Shown here piece after piece: positions 9,093 through 18,254 of a stretch of 64,000 nucleotides of DNA (position 1 is its first letter; every line of letters begins with the position of its first letter). The position numbers were made by a program, and so were the translations under genes. Below the pieces are notes generated by a model. That model did not search any database and was not told where the DNA came from. It worked only from the letters and a program-made list of their open reading frames with translations. This DNA comes from Ignavibacteria bacterium (GTDB taxonomy: Bacteria; Bacteroidota; Ignavibacteria; Tepidaquicellales; OLB5): the NCBI GenBank assembly GCA_019912545.1, contig JAIOIK010000147.1:7747-71746 (forward strand), given 5' to 3'.

Positions 9093-12000
9093 ATGAATAA
9101 ATACGTTAAACATAATAAAATACTTCTTCTGGTACTGGCATTTTTGCTCATTGGAAGTAATTCTTTTGCAGATAAGCCTAAGAACCTTCCTGTGGTAACT
9201 GTGGAAGCCGGTATACAGCAGTTATTTATGCAGGGGAACAATATTAATACTACATTCAGATCTGACGGGATATTTAATTATGACTTTATTACCTTCCCGA
9301 CATCTGATGCAGGTATGATTTGGCCGGTAAGCTCACCATCAAGGAAGACTATCAATTATACTTCCGGGATTTGGGTAGGAGCTAAAATTAACGGGGCGAT
9401 AAAGACGGCTGTAGCTGCATACGCTTCGCATTTTACACCGGGTAATATTCCTGTATTAGGACAAGTCACTCCGCAATCGGTATGTAATGATCCACGTTTC
9501 AGGATCTATTACGTACAATTAACGGACCCTACTTTGACAAGTGGAGGTACCAAGACTAAATTGGCAGGTGGAAGAAACTATACATTTACTTATGATGACT
9601 GGGCAACCTGGCCTACAGATCTTGGCGCTCCGTACGTCGAAGTAAACGGCATTCCCGGTTACCAGCCTTCATTTGATGGTGACAGGCCCGGTATTGGTAA
9701 TAGTGAAGCAAGGCCTGATGAAATTTCATTTATGATTTATCAGGATTTTACAAATTGCACAAACAACATTCACCAGGCACAGATCTCTTTGCCGGGCGGA
9801 ACACTCCCAATGGGAGTTGAAGTTCAACAGTTGGCTTTCCAGTTCAACTCACCCGGTTTAACAGATATGTACTTTGTTAAATGGCATGTTATTAACAGAA
9901 GCAATGATCGCTGGGATAGTACTTACATTTCTGTGTTTGATGATGCAGATGTAGGAAACGGTTCATGCGGTGCTGGTGATGATGCTGTTGGATGCGATAC
10001 TAATAAAAATGTAGCTTTTGTATATAATGCAGATAACAACGATTGTAATTACGGTTCACCACCGCCTGCTATAGGTTACAGGTATTTACAGAGTCCGATA
10101 TTGCAAACAAACAATCCTTCAGATTCTGCTTTCCTTCCATATGATACTTTAATTGGATATGTTAAGTTAGGATTAACAGGATTTAATTACTTCGTAAATG
10201 GTGCACCGGACCCCTGTAACAATGACCCGGATGATTTCAGTGCAGGTTATAATTTAATGAGGGGTATGGATGGATGCGGAAATCCAAGAATTAACCCGAC
10301 TCCTGGCGGAGGACCTACTCTGTTCATGTATCCTGGTAATGCTTGTACCAGGACGGGATGGTTTGATAGTGCTTCACATGACGGAAGATTCCTGCAGAAT
10401 AGCGGTCCATTTACGATGAATTCAAATGATACTCAAACAGTAGTTATTGGATGTTTTGTTGGTATCGGAAGTGATAATTTCCAGAGTGTATGCGTATTAT
10501 TGAATAATGCTGATAGAGTTCAGAGAATATATGACCTTAATTTCCGTTCAATTCCTCTGCCTCCGCCTCCACAGGTGAGCGCAGTAGCAGACGGGAATGG
10601 TGCAGTGACTTTGTATTGGTCAAATCTCTCTGAATCATACAATGAATTTGATAAGATCGATTTAACAGGATTCTGGAAATTCCAGGGTTATGAAATTTAT
10701 CAAATAAAACCAGGTACTGGCGGCGATAATCCGGAAGACAGAAGATTACTGGCTATTTATGATGTAATAGACAGCATTACAACTGTTATGGATTCAGTTG
10801 AGACACTTCAGCCGAATGGTTCAAATGTGTGGGAATTTAAGCCTACTGCATTGGGAACAAATTCAGGTATTTCAAGACACATTGGACTGACTCAAAACGC
10901 TTTTCCTCCCGGTGTCAACAACTTTTTCATCAATGGAACAACATATAAATTTGCTGTTGTTGCGTACGGTGTAAATTTGCGTGGACTACCGCCATACAAG
11001 GTTCTCAAAAATCCTATCGGTTCCCAGGTTATTGAAGTTGTTCCTAATTATCCGACATTAGGCAGTAACTTCATCAACAAATTTGGAGATACCCTGGTAA
11101 CAAACAGGGTTGATAGGGGATTTGTTCCAATTGTACTGGATCCAAAGAAAGTAATATCCGCAAGATATCAGCAGGTCTTTAGTTCAGATTCTACTTTCGG
11201 TCTTGTAAGGATCATTAATAATGCACAGGTAGATACATTGGTGAGAAATGCCACCAATAAATCAATTCTTAATAATGATGCATTTGTCTATGATGGTATA
11301 TTGTTCAAAGCCGATTCAATCACTACACTTAACATGGGTGTTATCAGAGACCCAGGTCCGGGTGCTCAGACTTCAGGCAGGGGCTGGACTTACAGTAATA
11401 GTAATATAAACTTTGCTGGTGTTGATACACTTTCATTTGTAAATTATCCAACCGGTAATTACAAGCCGATGCAAAGCGTATCGATGGGATTGACATGGCC
11501 AACTATTCGTAATTTCAAGAATAATTTCAAGAGCAAAATTGATTATACTTTTATTAAAACATATTCTTTAAAGAAGGTTAAGATTACCTTTGGACAGACT
11601 CAGAAAGCATACAGGTACATGGGTGCAGTTAATAATTCCCCGTACCGTGATTATGTTGATGTCCCGTTCACTGTGGAAATCGACGATCCTCTGGACACAA
11701 ACTCCGCACCAAGACAGGTTAATGTGGCATTCTATGATGGTGATTCTAGTACTACCTGGAATCCCAAAGCACAGCCTGATGGTGGCTTGGAGATGATTTA
11801 CATAATGTATTCAAACTATTCTGCGACACCAAGTACAGCCTACACAACCAGGAACATAAACTTTGCTACTCAGTTTGGTGCAATGGATGTACTGTATGTT
11901 TGGTGGCCAAGGTTATTGAACGGAAGCAGCCCGGCATACCAGAATGGTGATGTAATGACCATTACCCCGTATACCCAGCTCAAATATCAGCAGAGTCCGG

Positions 12001-12392
12001 GTATGATTACAGTTACAGAAGTTTCAACTGTAGCTCCAACTTTAGGAAGTGTTACCATAGCCCAGGAAAGAGGCGAATTAGAAAAAGTAAGGGTTGTGCC
12101 AAATCCGTATTATGGCGGTCATGCACAGGAAACAAGCTCGTTTGATAGGTTTGTTAAGTTCATGAATATGCCAAAACAGGCTACTATTTATCTTTATTCA
12201 TTAAATGGTAATCTTATCAGAATGATCAATAAGAATGATAATAATACATCGATCAATTGGGATCTTCTGAATACAGATAATATACCGATTGCAAGTGGAA
12301 TTTATATTGCGTTCATTGATGCACCCGGTATTGGTACGAAAACTATTAAGCTGGCAATATTTACTCCGGAGGAAAGACTCGATGCGTTCTAA
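9093..12392 (+). CDS. Large secreted/surface protein of unknown function with FN3-like segment and divergent T9SS/FlgD-Ig-like C-terminal tail
   Basis: Signal peptide (KILLLVLAFLLIGSNSFA). FN3-like stretch PPPPQVSAVADGNGAVTLYWSN...FQGYEIYQ. The last ~100 aa, VVPNPYYG...ATIYLYSLNGNLI...ASGIYIAFI...TKTIKLAIF, parallel the canonical tails of the neighbouring cargo proteins. It starts 20 nt after the upstream barrel gene. Confidence 0.7.
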   Translation: MNKYVKHNKILLLVLAFLLIGSNSFADKPKNLPVVTVEAGIQQLFMQGNNINTTFRSDGIFNYDFITFPTSDAGMIWPVSSPSRKTINYTSGIWVGAKINGAIKTAVAAYASHFTPGNIPVLGQVTPQSVCNDPRFRIYYVQLTDPTLTSGGTKTKLAGGRNYTFTYDDWATWPTDLGAPYVEVNGIPGYQPSFDGDRPGIGNSEARPDEISFMIYQDFTNCTNNIHQAQISLPGGTLPMGVEVQQLAFQFNSPGLTDMYFVKWHVINRSNDRWDSTYISVFDDADVGNGSCGAGDDAVGCDTNKNVAFVYNADNNDCNYGSPPPAIGYRYLQSPILQTNNPSDSAFLPYDTLIGYVKLGLTGFNYFVNGAPDPCNNDPDDFSAGYNLMRGMDGCGNPRINPTPGGGPTLFMYPGNACTRTGWFDSASHDGRFLQNSGPFTMNSNDTQTVVIGCFVGIGSDNFQSVCVLLNNADRVQRIYDLNFRSIPLPPPPQVSAVADGNGAVTLYWSNLSESYNEFDKIDLTGFWKFQGYEIYQIKPGTGGDNPEDRRLLAIYDVIDSITTVMDSVETLQPNGSNVWEFKPTALGTNSGISRHIGLTQNAFPPGVNNFFINGTTYKFAVVAYGVNLRGLPPYKVLKNPIGSQVIEVVPNYPTLGSNFINKFGDTLVTNRVDRGFVPIVLDPKKVISARYQQVFSSDSTFGLVRIINNAQVDTLVRNATNKSILNNDAFVYDGILFKADSITTLNMGVIRDPGPGAQTSGRGWTYSNSNINFAGVDTLSFVNYPTGNYKPMQSVSMGLTWPTIRNFKNNFKSKIDYTFIKTYSLKKVKITFGQTQKAYRYMGAVNNSPYRDYVDVPFTVEIDDPLDTNSAPRQVNVAFYDGDSSTTWNPKAQPDGGLEMIYIMYSNYSATPSTAYTTRNINFATQFGAMDVLYVWWPRLLNGSSPAYQNGDVMTITPYTQLKYQQSPGMITVTEVSTVAPTLGSVTIAQERGELEKVRVVPNPYYGGHAQETSSFDRFVKFMNMPKQATIYLYSLNGNLIRMINKNDNNTSINWDLLNTDNIPIASGIYIAFIDAPGIGTKTIKLAIFTPEERLDAF

Positions 12393-12423
12393 ACACTTTT
12401 TTGAAAAACTAAAGGAGCACAAA

Positions 12424-13485
12424 ATGAAATCATATTATAAAATAATTCAAACTGCTAAAATTGCAATAATTGCTTTGTTGCTATGCGGCAGTATAGGCTT
12501 CGCAGGTGACCGTAGCAAATACGGCACATCTGCCGCTCCGGAATTACTGATACCTGTTGGCTCTAAAGGTACTTCATTAAGCGGTTCTATGATATCATCA
12601 ATTACCGGAGTAGATGCAATGTACTGGAATCCTGCCGGGTTATCAATGATGACTAATCAGACAGAAGTACTTGCTTCACACATGAAATATATCGCTGATA
12701 TTGATGTAAACTATGTAGCAGGTGCTGTTAATCTTGGCGGCATGGGAGTTATTGGTGCAAGCTTAAAAACACTTAGCTTCGGCGATGAGCTTGTTACCAC
12801 TCTTGAAAGCCCTGATGGAACCGGTGAAACCTGGTCTCCAACTTATCTGACAACTTCTGTATCATATGCAAGAAAAATGTCAGATAAAATACTCTTTGGA
12901 ACAACTGTCAAGATCATTTATGAACAAATTTCTACTGTTTCTGCAACAGGTTTTGCATTCGATTTTGGTTTGCAATATCTTGCAGGCAAGTCCGGACTTA
13001 AATTCGGAGTTGCATTGAAGAATTTTGGACCATCTATGAGGTTTGATGGTATTGCTCTTGAGCAAAATTACATTCCTGCAGGTAATGTTGGTACTGCAAC
13101 TGAGCCAAGAAGGATAACTTTGCAGGATTTCTCTTTGCCAACTACCCTGGAAATCGGTTTATCATACGATCTCCCGATTGGGAAAAAGAATAACGTTCAG
13201 TTATCAACTACTTTCCAGAATAACAACTTCTCAAGTGATGAGTATAGGGTTGGACTGGAATACAACTATAACAACTATGTATTCCTTAGGGGTGCATATG
13301 CTTTTACACCGGATTATAAAGCTGAAGACGGCCTGATCAAAAAAGATCAGAATCTCTTCGGACCTTCTTTTGGTGTAGGGCTGCAGTATCCATTCGGGAA
13401 TATGAGGTTAGGACTGGATTATGCTTACAGAGTAACCCAGAGGTTTAATGCTAACCAGTGGTTTTCGTTAACTGTGGGCTTCTAA
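12424..13485 (+). CDS. PorV/PorQ-like (FadL-superfamily) outer-membrane beta-barrel protein
   Basis: I place the start at the ATG at 12424, preceded by AAGGAG. The ORF-track start at 12289 overlaps the upstream gene. Signal peptide, then GTSAAPELLIPVGSKGTSLSG...AMYWNPAGLS resembles the N-terminal signature of PorV-family barrels. Ends in WFSLTVGF (terminal Phe). Confidence 0.65.
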   Translation: MKSYYKIIQTAKIAIIALLLCGSIGFAGDRSKYGTSAAPELLIPVGSKGTSLSGSMISSITGVDAMYWNPAGLSMMTNQTEVLASHMKYIADIDVNYVAGAVNLGGMGVIGASLKTLSFGDELVTTLESPDGTGETWSPTYLTTSVSYARKMSDKILFGTTVKIIYEQISTVSATGFAFDFGLQYLAGKSGLKFGVALKNFGPSMRFDGIALEQNYIPAGNVGTATEPRRITLQDFSLPTTLEIGLSYDLPIGKKNNVQLSTTFQNNNFSSDEYRVGLEYNYNNYVFLRGAYAFTPDYKAEDGLIKKDQNLFGPSFGVGLQYPFGNMRLGLDYAYRVTQRFNANQWFSLTVGF

Positions 13486-13513
13486 AATGCAGATCTGATT
13501 GAAACTTTTTTCG

Positions 13514-13551
13514 AAAATGCCATTTACTACTGTAAATGGCATTTTCTTTTT
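13514..13551 (+). terminator. Strong Rho-independent terminator closing the 6103-13485 operon
   Basis: Perfect 14-bp stem AAAATGCCATTTAC / GTAAATGGCATTTT with loop TACT, followed by CTTTTT. Confidence 0.75.
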
Positions 13552-13577
13552 AACCCACTTTTTATAATACTATTCCT

Positions 13578-14939
13578 ATGAGAATCATACGTGTAATAAT
13601 TGTCCTCATTATGTTTCAATCATTGGCCTTTTCAGGCGATGATTTCAATTTTGATTTTGATTATTCAATTTTCAAAGATGAATCAAGTAAAAATTTTGTT
13701 GAGTTCTATTATTCTTTTAATCCGGACAACTTAATATTTATCAAAACAGCAAACGGGTATGAAGCCAGCGGCAAGATCTCAATGACTGTTATTAACAAAA
13801 GCACACAGAAAACTGTAGTTGCCAAAGACTTTAAAGTGCCCATCAGTCTTATTGATACTTCAGGAAGCTTCAAGCATTTTAAGCTGACCGGACAGATTAA
13901 TGTTCTACTTGATACAGGAACTTATGCTGTAAAGGTCAGAGCATCGGATTTTACAGATTCTGTAAAATACGCTGATTTTAATGAAGATATAGTTCTTAAA
14001 GATTTTTCAAAAACACAATTGAGTTTAAGTACTATTCAGTTAAGTACAGGTATTGTCAAATCAGATGACATTAGTAACATCTTTTATAAGAATACACTGG
14101 AGGTCACTCCAAATCCATCAGCTTTATTTGGTTATAATCTCAATAAACTTTACTACTATCTTGAGATATATAATATTAACACTGCAGATCTTGGAAGCAA
14201 GTATTCAGTTGCTGTAACTATTGCAAATCAGGATGGAACTGAAATCAAGTCAGCTAATAGGGAGTACACCGTACAGGCTGATTCAAAGGTAGAATTTGGT
14301 TCAGTTGACATTACCGGATTGCCTTCAAATCGTTACCTGCTGCTTGTTAAACTTTTTGATGAGGAAAACGAAGAAAGACTCAGAGCATTCAAATATTTCT
14401 ATATTTATAACAGTGATTCGAATACGGCAACGGTTAACCTGACAGAACTTGAAAACGAATACCTGCTTAGCGAATACCCTAAGATGAATGAGAAAGATGT
14501 TGAAAAAGAATTTAACAGGGCAATTTATATCATGACTGATGTTCAGAAAGGGCAGTATGAACAGCATAAAACACTTGATGAAAAAAGAATGTTTATGTTC
14601 AAATACTGGAAACTTATCAGCCCGATTCTGACCAAGAAAGAGTATTTCTCCAGGATTGAATACGCGAATAAGAACTTCAGAAGTGATTTTCGTGATGGGT
14701 GGAAGTCAGATAGGGGGAGAGTCTATTCAATTTTCGGCAAATACGATGAAATTGAGAGATTTCCATATGAAGGATCAACGAGGGCTTATGAGATTTGGAC
14801 CTACAATAAGCTTCAGGGAGGTGCTATTTTTGTGTTTATTGATATGAGCGCAGGTTACGGCGATTACCAATTGGTACACTCAACTGCCCAAAATGAGATA
14901 CGTGATGAAGAATGGCAGGAAAAGTTGAAACTGCGTTAA
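13578..14939 (+). CDS. GWxTD domain-containing secreted protein
   Basis: Signal peptide. The C-terminal block FRDGWKSDRGRVYSIFGKYDEIERFPYEGSTRAYEIWTY matches the GWxTD signature (GW-x-[ST]-D-RG...yG.Pd.i...YE.W.Y). Confidence 0.7.
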   Translation: MRIIRVIIVLIMFQSLAFSGDDFNFDFDYSIFKDESSKNFVEFYYSFNPDNLIFIKTANGYEASGKISMTVINKSTQKTVVAKDFKVPISLIDTSGSFKHFKLTGQINVLLDTGTYAVKVRASDFTDSVKYADFNEDIVLKDFSKTQLSLSTIQLSTGIVKSDDISNIFYKNTLEVTPNPSALFGYNLNKLYYYLEIYNINTADLGSKYSVAVTIANQDGTEIKSANREYTVQADSKVEFGSVDITGLPSNRYLLLVKLFDEENEERLRAFKYFYIYNSDSNTATVNLTELENEYLLSEYPKMNEKDVEKEFNRAIYIMTDVQKGQYEQHKTLDEKRMFMFKYWKLISPILTKKEYFSRIEYANKNFRSDFRDGWKSDRGRVYSIFGKYDEIERFPYEGSTRAYEIWTYNKLQGGAIFVFIDMSAGYGDYQLVHSTAQNEIRDEEWQEKLKLR

Positions 14940-14959
14940 TCATTAAATAATCTAACTAT

Positions 14960-14983
14960 GCCGGCTTTGAGCCGGCTTTTTTT
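14960..14983 (+). terminator. Rho-independent terminator after GWxTD gene
   Basis: GCCGGCT TTG AGCCGGC hairpin followed by TTTTTTT. Confidence 0.7.
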
Positions 14984-15057
14984 GTATAAGATTTTATTTA
15001 GGATTTAAACAAAGTAAATTATTATAGATATTTGAAATTAACAATTTAAATTGAATA

Positions 15058-15984
15058 TTGTTTAGATACAGGTACCATATTGTAATTGCTTCGTTTATCC
15101 TATCGGTAATTCTTTGGTTGTCTTTAAATTTAAACCAGACATACGAGATAGAAAAAACCATTCCGATAAAAATTAATATAAACAAACCATTTGCCGTATC
15201 AGGCAATATACCACTGAATCTTGAGGCCAAGTTCAGAGGGAGCGGCTGGAATCTGCTTCGGCTCTTTACGTCGCTCAATTTGCAGTTCAATTACGATCTA
15301 AATACCAGAAAAAAAGATAAATTCATTATTTTAACAAAGGAATATCTTGAAAATAGCCTCGGTCTAAGTGATAATATGGCAATAGTTTCCACATATCCTG
15401 AGACACTATTCGTGAATATTGAAAGTTATGAAGAAAAGTATGTGAAACTAATGCCTAAGATCCTGATCGAGTGTATGGAAGGCTACCAGGTTGTTGGAAA
15501 ACCTATCCTTATACCGGATAGCTTAAAAATAGGTGGTGCAATTGACCTGCTCAGGAATATTAATCATTTGAATTCGAGATCATTTTTCTTTGACGGAGTA
15601 AATGCAGAGATTATCAGAAATATTCCGGTTTCGGATAGTCTATCGAATTTGCTTTGGATGTCACAAAATGAGGTTAAATTGATAGTGAATGTTGAATTGA
15701 CAGCAGAAAAGGAATTCACAGATGTTAATATAAGTGTATCAAATATTCCTTCTGATAAAGACGTCTTGTTGATTCCGCAAACGATTGCAGTGCATTTGAA
15801 GGGTGGAGTAAACCAGCTTTCAAAAGTTGATAATACCAAAATAATTGCAAAAATTGATTTTGAAAAAATATTATCGGATACTACAGGTTCCATTACTCCG
15901 AAGTTTGAGGTTCCGGAAGGCTGCACTGTTATAGCGGCAAAGCCGGAATCAATTCAGTATGTTATAAAGAAGAAAACACAATAA
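15058..15984 (+). CDS. YbbR/CdaR-like domain protein (tentative)
   Basis: Single N-terminal TM (IVIASFILSVILWLSL), then repeated roughly 80-aa beta-rich segments with the pattern ...V.V.G...L.....I...ID.., as in YbbR repeats. TTG start. Assignment is by pattern only. Confidence 0.45.
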   Translation: MFRYRYHIVIASFILSVILWLSLNLNQTYEIEKTIPIKININKPFAVSGNIPLNLEAKFRGSGWNLLRLFTSLNLQFNYDLNTRKKDKFIILTKEYLENSLGLSDNMAIVSTYPETLFVNIESYEEKYVKLMPKILIECMEGYQVVGKPILIPDSLKIGGAIDLLRNINHLNSRSFFFDGVNAEIIRNIPVSDSLSNLLWMSQNEVKLIVNVELTAEKEFTDVNISVSNIPSDKDVLLIPQTIAVHLKGGVNQLSKVDNTKIIAKIDFEKILSDTTGSITPKFEVPEGCTVIAAKPESIQYVIKKKTQ

Positions 15985-15992
15985 CAGATATT

Positions 15993-16769
15993 TTGTCATT
16001 GATAGCAGAAATAAAATTAGAATTACGATCTTTAATTGCAGCGATTAAGACTCTAAGTTTTAAAGAGAGTTTTATTTTCATTTCTGTTGCCATAATAACA
16101 TTTGTTTCGATGTATTATGCTTCTCCGAATTTTTTCAGGAAGATATTTGATACAAGTGATGATAAATTCTATTCATCATTATATTGGTTTTCTGCAGATG
16201 GTGTCTTGATGCTTATTATTCCCTTAATACTTATACCGCTGGTGTTAAAAGGAAAACCTTCTGAATACGGATTCAGGATAGGTGATTATAAGTTCGGACT
16301 GAAATCGAGTTTATTGTTCGTAGCGTTGATGCTGCCTTTCTTATGGATTGCATCGGGATCGAAGAGTTTTGCCAGTACATATCCACAGGGAGGGCCTTTT
16401 GTAAGAGAGAATATAAGTGTTCTTTTATATTATGAGCTTTTTGTGGGATTCTATATGCTTGCATGGGAGTTCTTCTGGCGCGGTTATATGATGTTCGGCC
16501 TGAAACAAAAGTTTGGATTTTATGCAATCTTTATACAGATGATACCGTTCTTTATTTTACACAGGGGAAAGCCGGAAATTGAAACATTTGCATCTATTTT
16601 TGCCGGGCTTATACTCGGTATTCAGGCATGGAGGGCAAACTCGTTTATATACTGTTTTCTTGTGCACTGGTCTGTTATGATCTTTATTGATGTGATATCT
16701 GTTCTAAGATACAGGTCGCAATCATACGGAATTGGTTTTGATGCATTCATGAAACTTTTTACAAATTAA
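15993..16769 (+). CDS. CPBP family intramembrane glutamic endopeptidase (CAAX protease-like)
   Basis: Polytopic membrane protein carrying the WEFFWRGY (EExxxR-type) and FLVHW (H-motif) signatures of the CPBP family. Confidence 0.65.
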   Translation: MSLIAEIKLELRSLIAAIKTLSFKESFIFISVAIITFVSMYYASPNFFRKIFDTSDDKFYSSLYWFSADGVLMLIIPLILIPLVLKGKPSEYGFRIGDYKFGLKSSLLFVALMLPFLWIASGSKSFASTYPQGGPFVRENISVLLYYELFVGFYMLAWEFFWRGYMMFGLKQKFGFYAIFIQMIPFFILHRGKPEIETFASIFAGLILGIQAWRANSFIYCFLVHWSVMIFIDVISVLRYRSQSYGIGFDAFMKLFTN

Positions 16770-16782
16770 TCCGAATAAAATA

Positions 16783-17505
16783 ATGAGACTTTGCATAAAT
16801 ATTGATCATATTGCAACCCTAAGGCAAGCAAGAAGAGAATCAGAGCCTGATCCTGTTATTGCAGCAGGAATTTGTGAATTGGCCGGAGCGGACGGTATCG
16901 TCTGCCATTTGAGGGAAGATAGAAGGCACATAGTTGATAGAGACGTGAAAATACTGAAGGAAACGGTAAAGACAAAACTTGACTTTGAAATGGCGGCTAC
17001 AGATGAAATGGTAAAAATTGCATGTGACCTAAAGCCGTACATGGTTACACTTGTTCCCGAAAAAAGAGAAGAGTTGACAACTGAAGGCGGCCTGAATCTT
17101 ACAGCGGCTGAGTTTAAATTGACGCCTGCAATTGAAAAACTAAAGGAGGACGGTATTAAGGTAAGTTTGTTTATAGAACCGTCTCCTGAAAATGTAGATC
17201 TAGCTTTAGAATACGGCGCAGATATGATAGAGATCCATACAGGCAAGTATGCAAGGCTTCAAAATTCCGTTGAGCTTATCACAGAACTCGAAAAGATCAG
17301 ACAAACTGCATCAATTGCAAAAGGACTTGGAATAGGTGTAAATGCCGGGCACGGTTTGAATTACCGGAACATTACTGCAATAGCCAACATATACGATATC
17401 GATGAAGTAAGTATCGGGCACTCTATAATAGCAAGAGCAGCATTTACGGGACTTGACTCTGCTGTAAGAGAAATGCTGACAATTATCAGAAGAATAAGGC
17501 AATAG
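16783..17505 (+). CDS. pdxJ: Pyridoxine 5-prime-phosphate synthase
   Basis: NIDHIATLRQARR..PDPV, VCHLREDRRHIVDRDV, LVPEKREELTTEGGL and VNAGHGLNY blocks are colinear with E. coli PdxJ. Confidence 0.95.
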   Translation: MRLCINIDHIATLRQARRESEPDPVIAAGICELAGADGIVCHLREDRRHIVDRDVKILKETVKTKLDFEMAATDEMVKIACDLKPYMVTLVPEKREELTTEGGLNLTAAEFKLTPAIEKLKEDGIKVSLFIEPSPENVDLALEYGADMIEIHTGKYARLQNSVELITELEKIRQTASIAKGLGIGVNAGHGLNYRNITAIANIYDIDEVSIGHSIIARAAFTGLDSAVREMLTIIRRIRQ

Positions 17506-18248
17506 TGAAATTCAGCAAAGAATTGATCAACAGGCTTGCTGAAGCAAAAAGTGTCTCGGTTCTAACCGGAGCCGGAGTTTCGGCAGAAAGCGGTGTACCT
17601 ACTTTCAGAGATAAAGGCGGTATTTGGGAGAAATTCAGACCCGAAGACCTCGCTAACTTTGATGCATTTATTAATGATCCAGATTTTGTGTGGAACTGGT
17701 ATCAGCACAGGCGTGAAGTAATGAGGGATGTTAAGCCAAATCCCGGACATTTAGCGCTGGCCGAAATGGAGGAGATGTTCCCCAATTTTACCGTCATCAC
17801 ACAGAATATTGATAATCTGCATTTTCGAGCCGGCAGCAAAAATGTAACCGAGCTTCACGGAAATATCGAGCGGAGTTTCTGCCTGAAGTGCAGGACTTTT
17901 TATAATGAGATCGATGTTACTGAAAAGAAAGTTCTTAGATGTGAAAAATGCGGCGGTTTAATAAGGCCTGATGTTGTATGGTTTGGAGAAATGCTGCCTG
18001 AAAAGGCATTGATGTACGCCGAGGAGTGTGCCGCTGCTTCGGATGTGTTCTTTTCGATCGGAACATCGGCAGAAGTCTACCCTGCTGCTTTAATGCCTTT
18101 AATAGCAAAAAGAGCCGGGGCATATGTAGTGGAGATTAATACAAAACCAACTGTTATGTCGGCGGATCTTGATGAAGTAATTCAGGGAAAAAGCGGTGAA
18201 GTTTTAAGTGAATTAATAAAATTGATTAGAGCAAATAAAAATAATTAA
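17505..18248 (+). CDS. cobB: NAD-dependent protein deacylase (Sir2 family)
   Basis: GAGVSAESGVPTFRD, TQNIDNLH and a CxxC...CxxC zinc ribbon (CLKC...CEKCGG). GTG start overlaps the pdxJ stop. Confidence 0.9.
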   Translation: MKFSKELINRLAEAKSVSVLTGAGVSAESGVPTFRDKGGIWEKFRPEDLANFDAFINDPDFVWNWYQHRREVMRDVKPNPGHLALAEMEEMFPNFTVITQNIDNLHFRAGSKNVTELHGNIERSFCLKCRTFYNEIDVTEKKVLRCEKCGGLIRPDVVWFGEMLPEKALMYAEECAAASDVFFSIGTSAEVYPAALMPLIAKRAGAYVVEINTKPTVMSADLDEVIQGKSGEVLSELIKLIRANKNN

Positions 18249-18254
18249 TTTATA

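Noticed and set aside
12289-12423. N-terminal 45-codon extension of the PorV-like ORF
   Set aside because: It overlaps the 3-prime end of the 1099-aa gene and has no signal peptide. The ATG at 12424 is preceded by AAGGAG and is followed by a normal signal peptide.
16806-17246. 146-aa ORF antisense to pdxJ, and the many other 60-150 aa antisense ORFs listed in the track
   Set aside because: Each lies inside a CDS with strong motif support on the opposite strand. I treat them as shadow ORFs.
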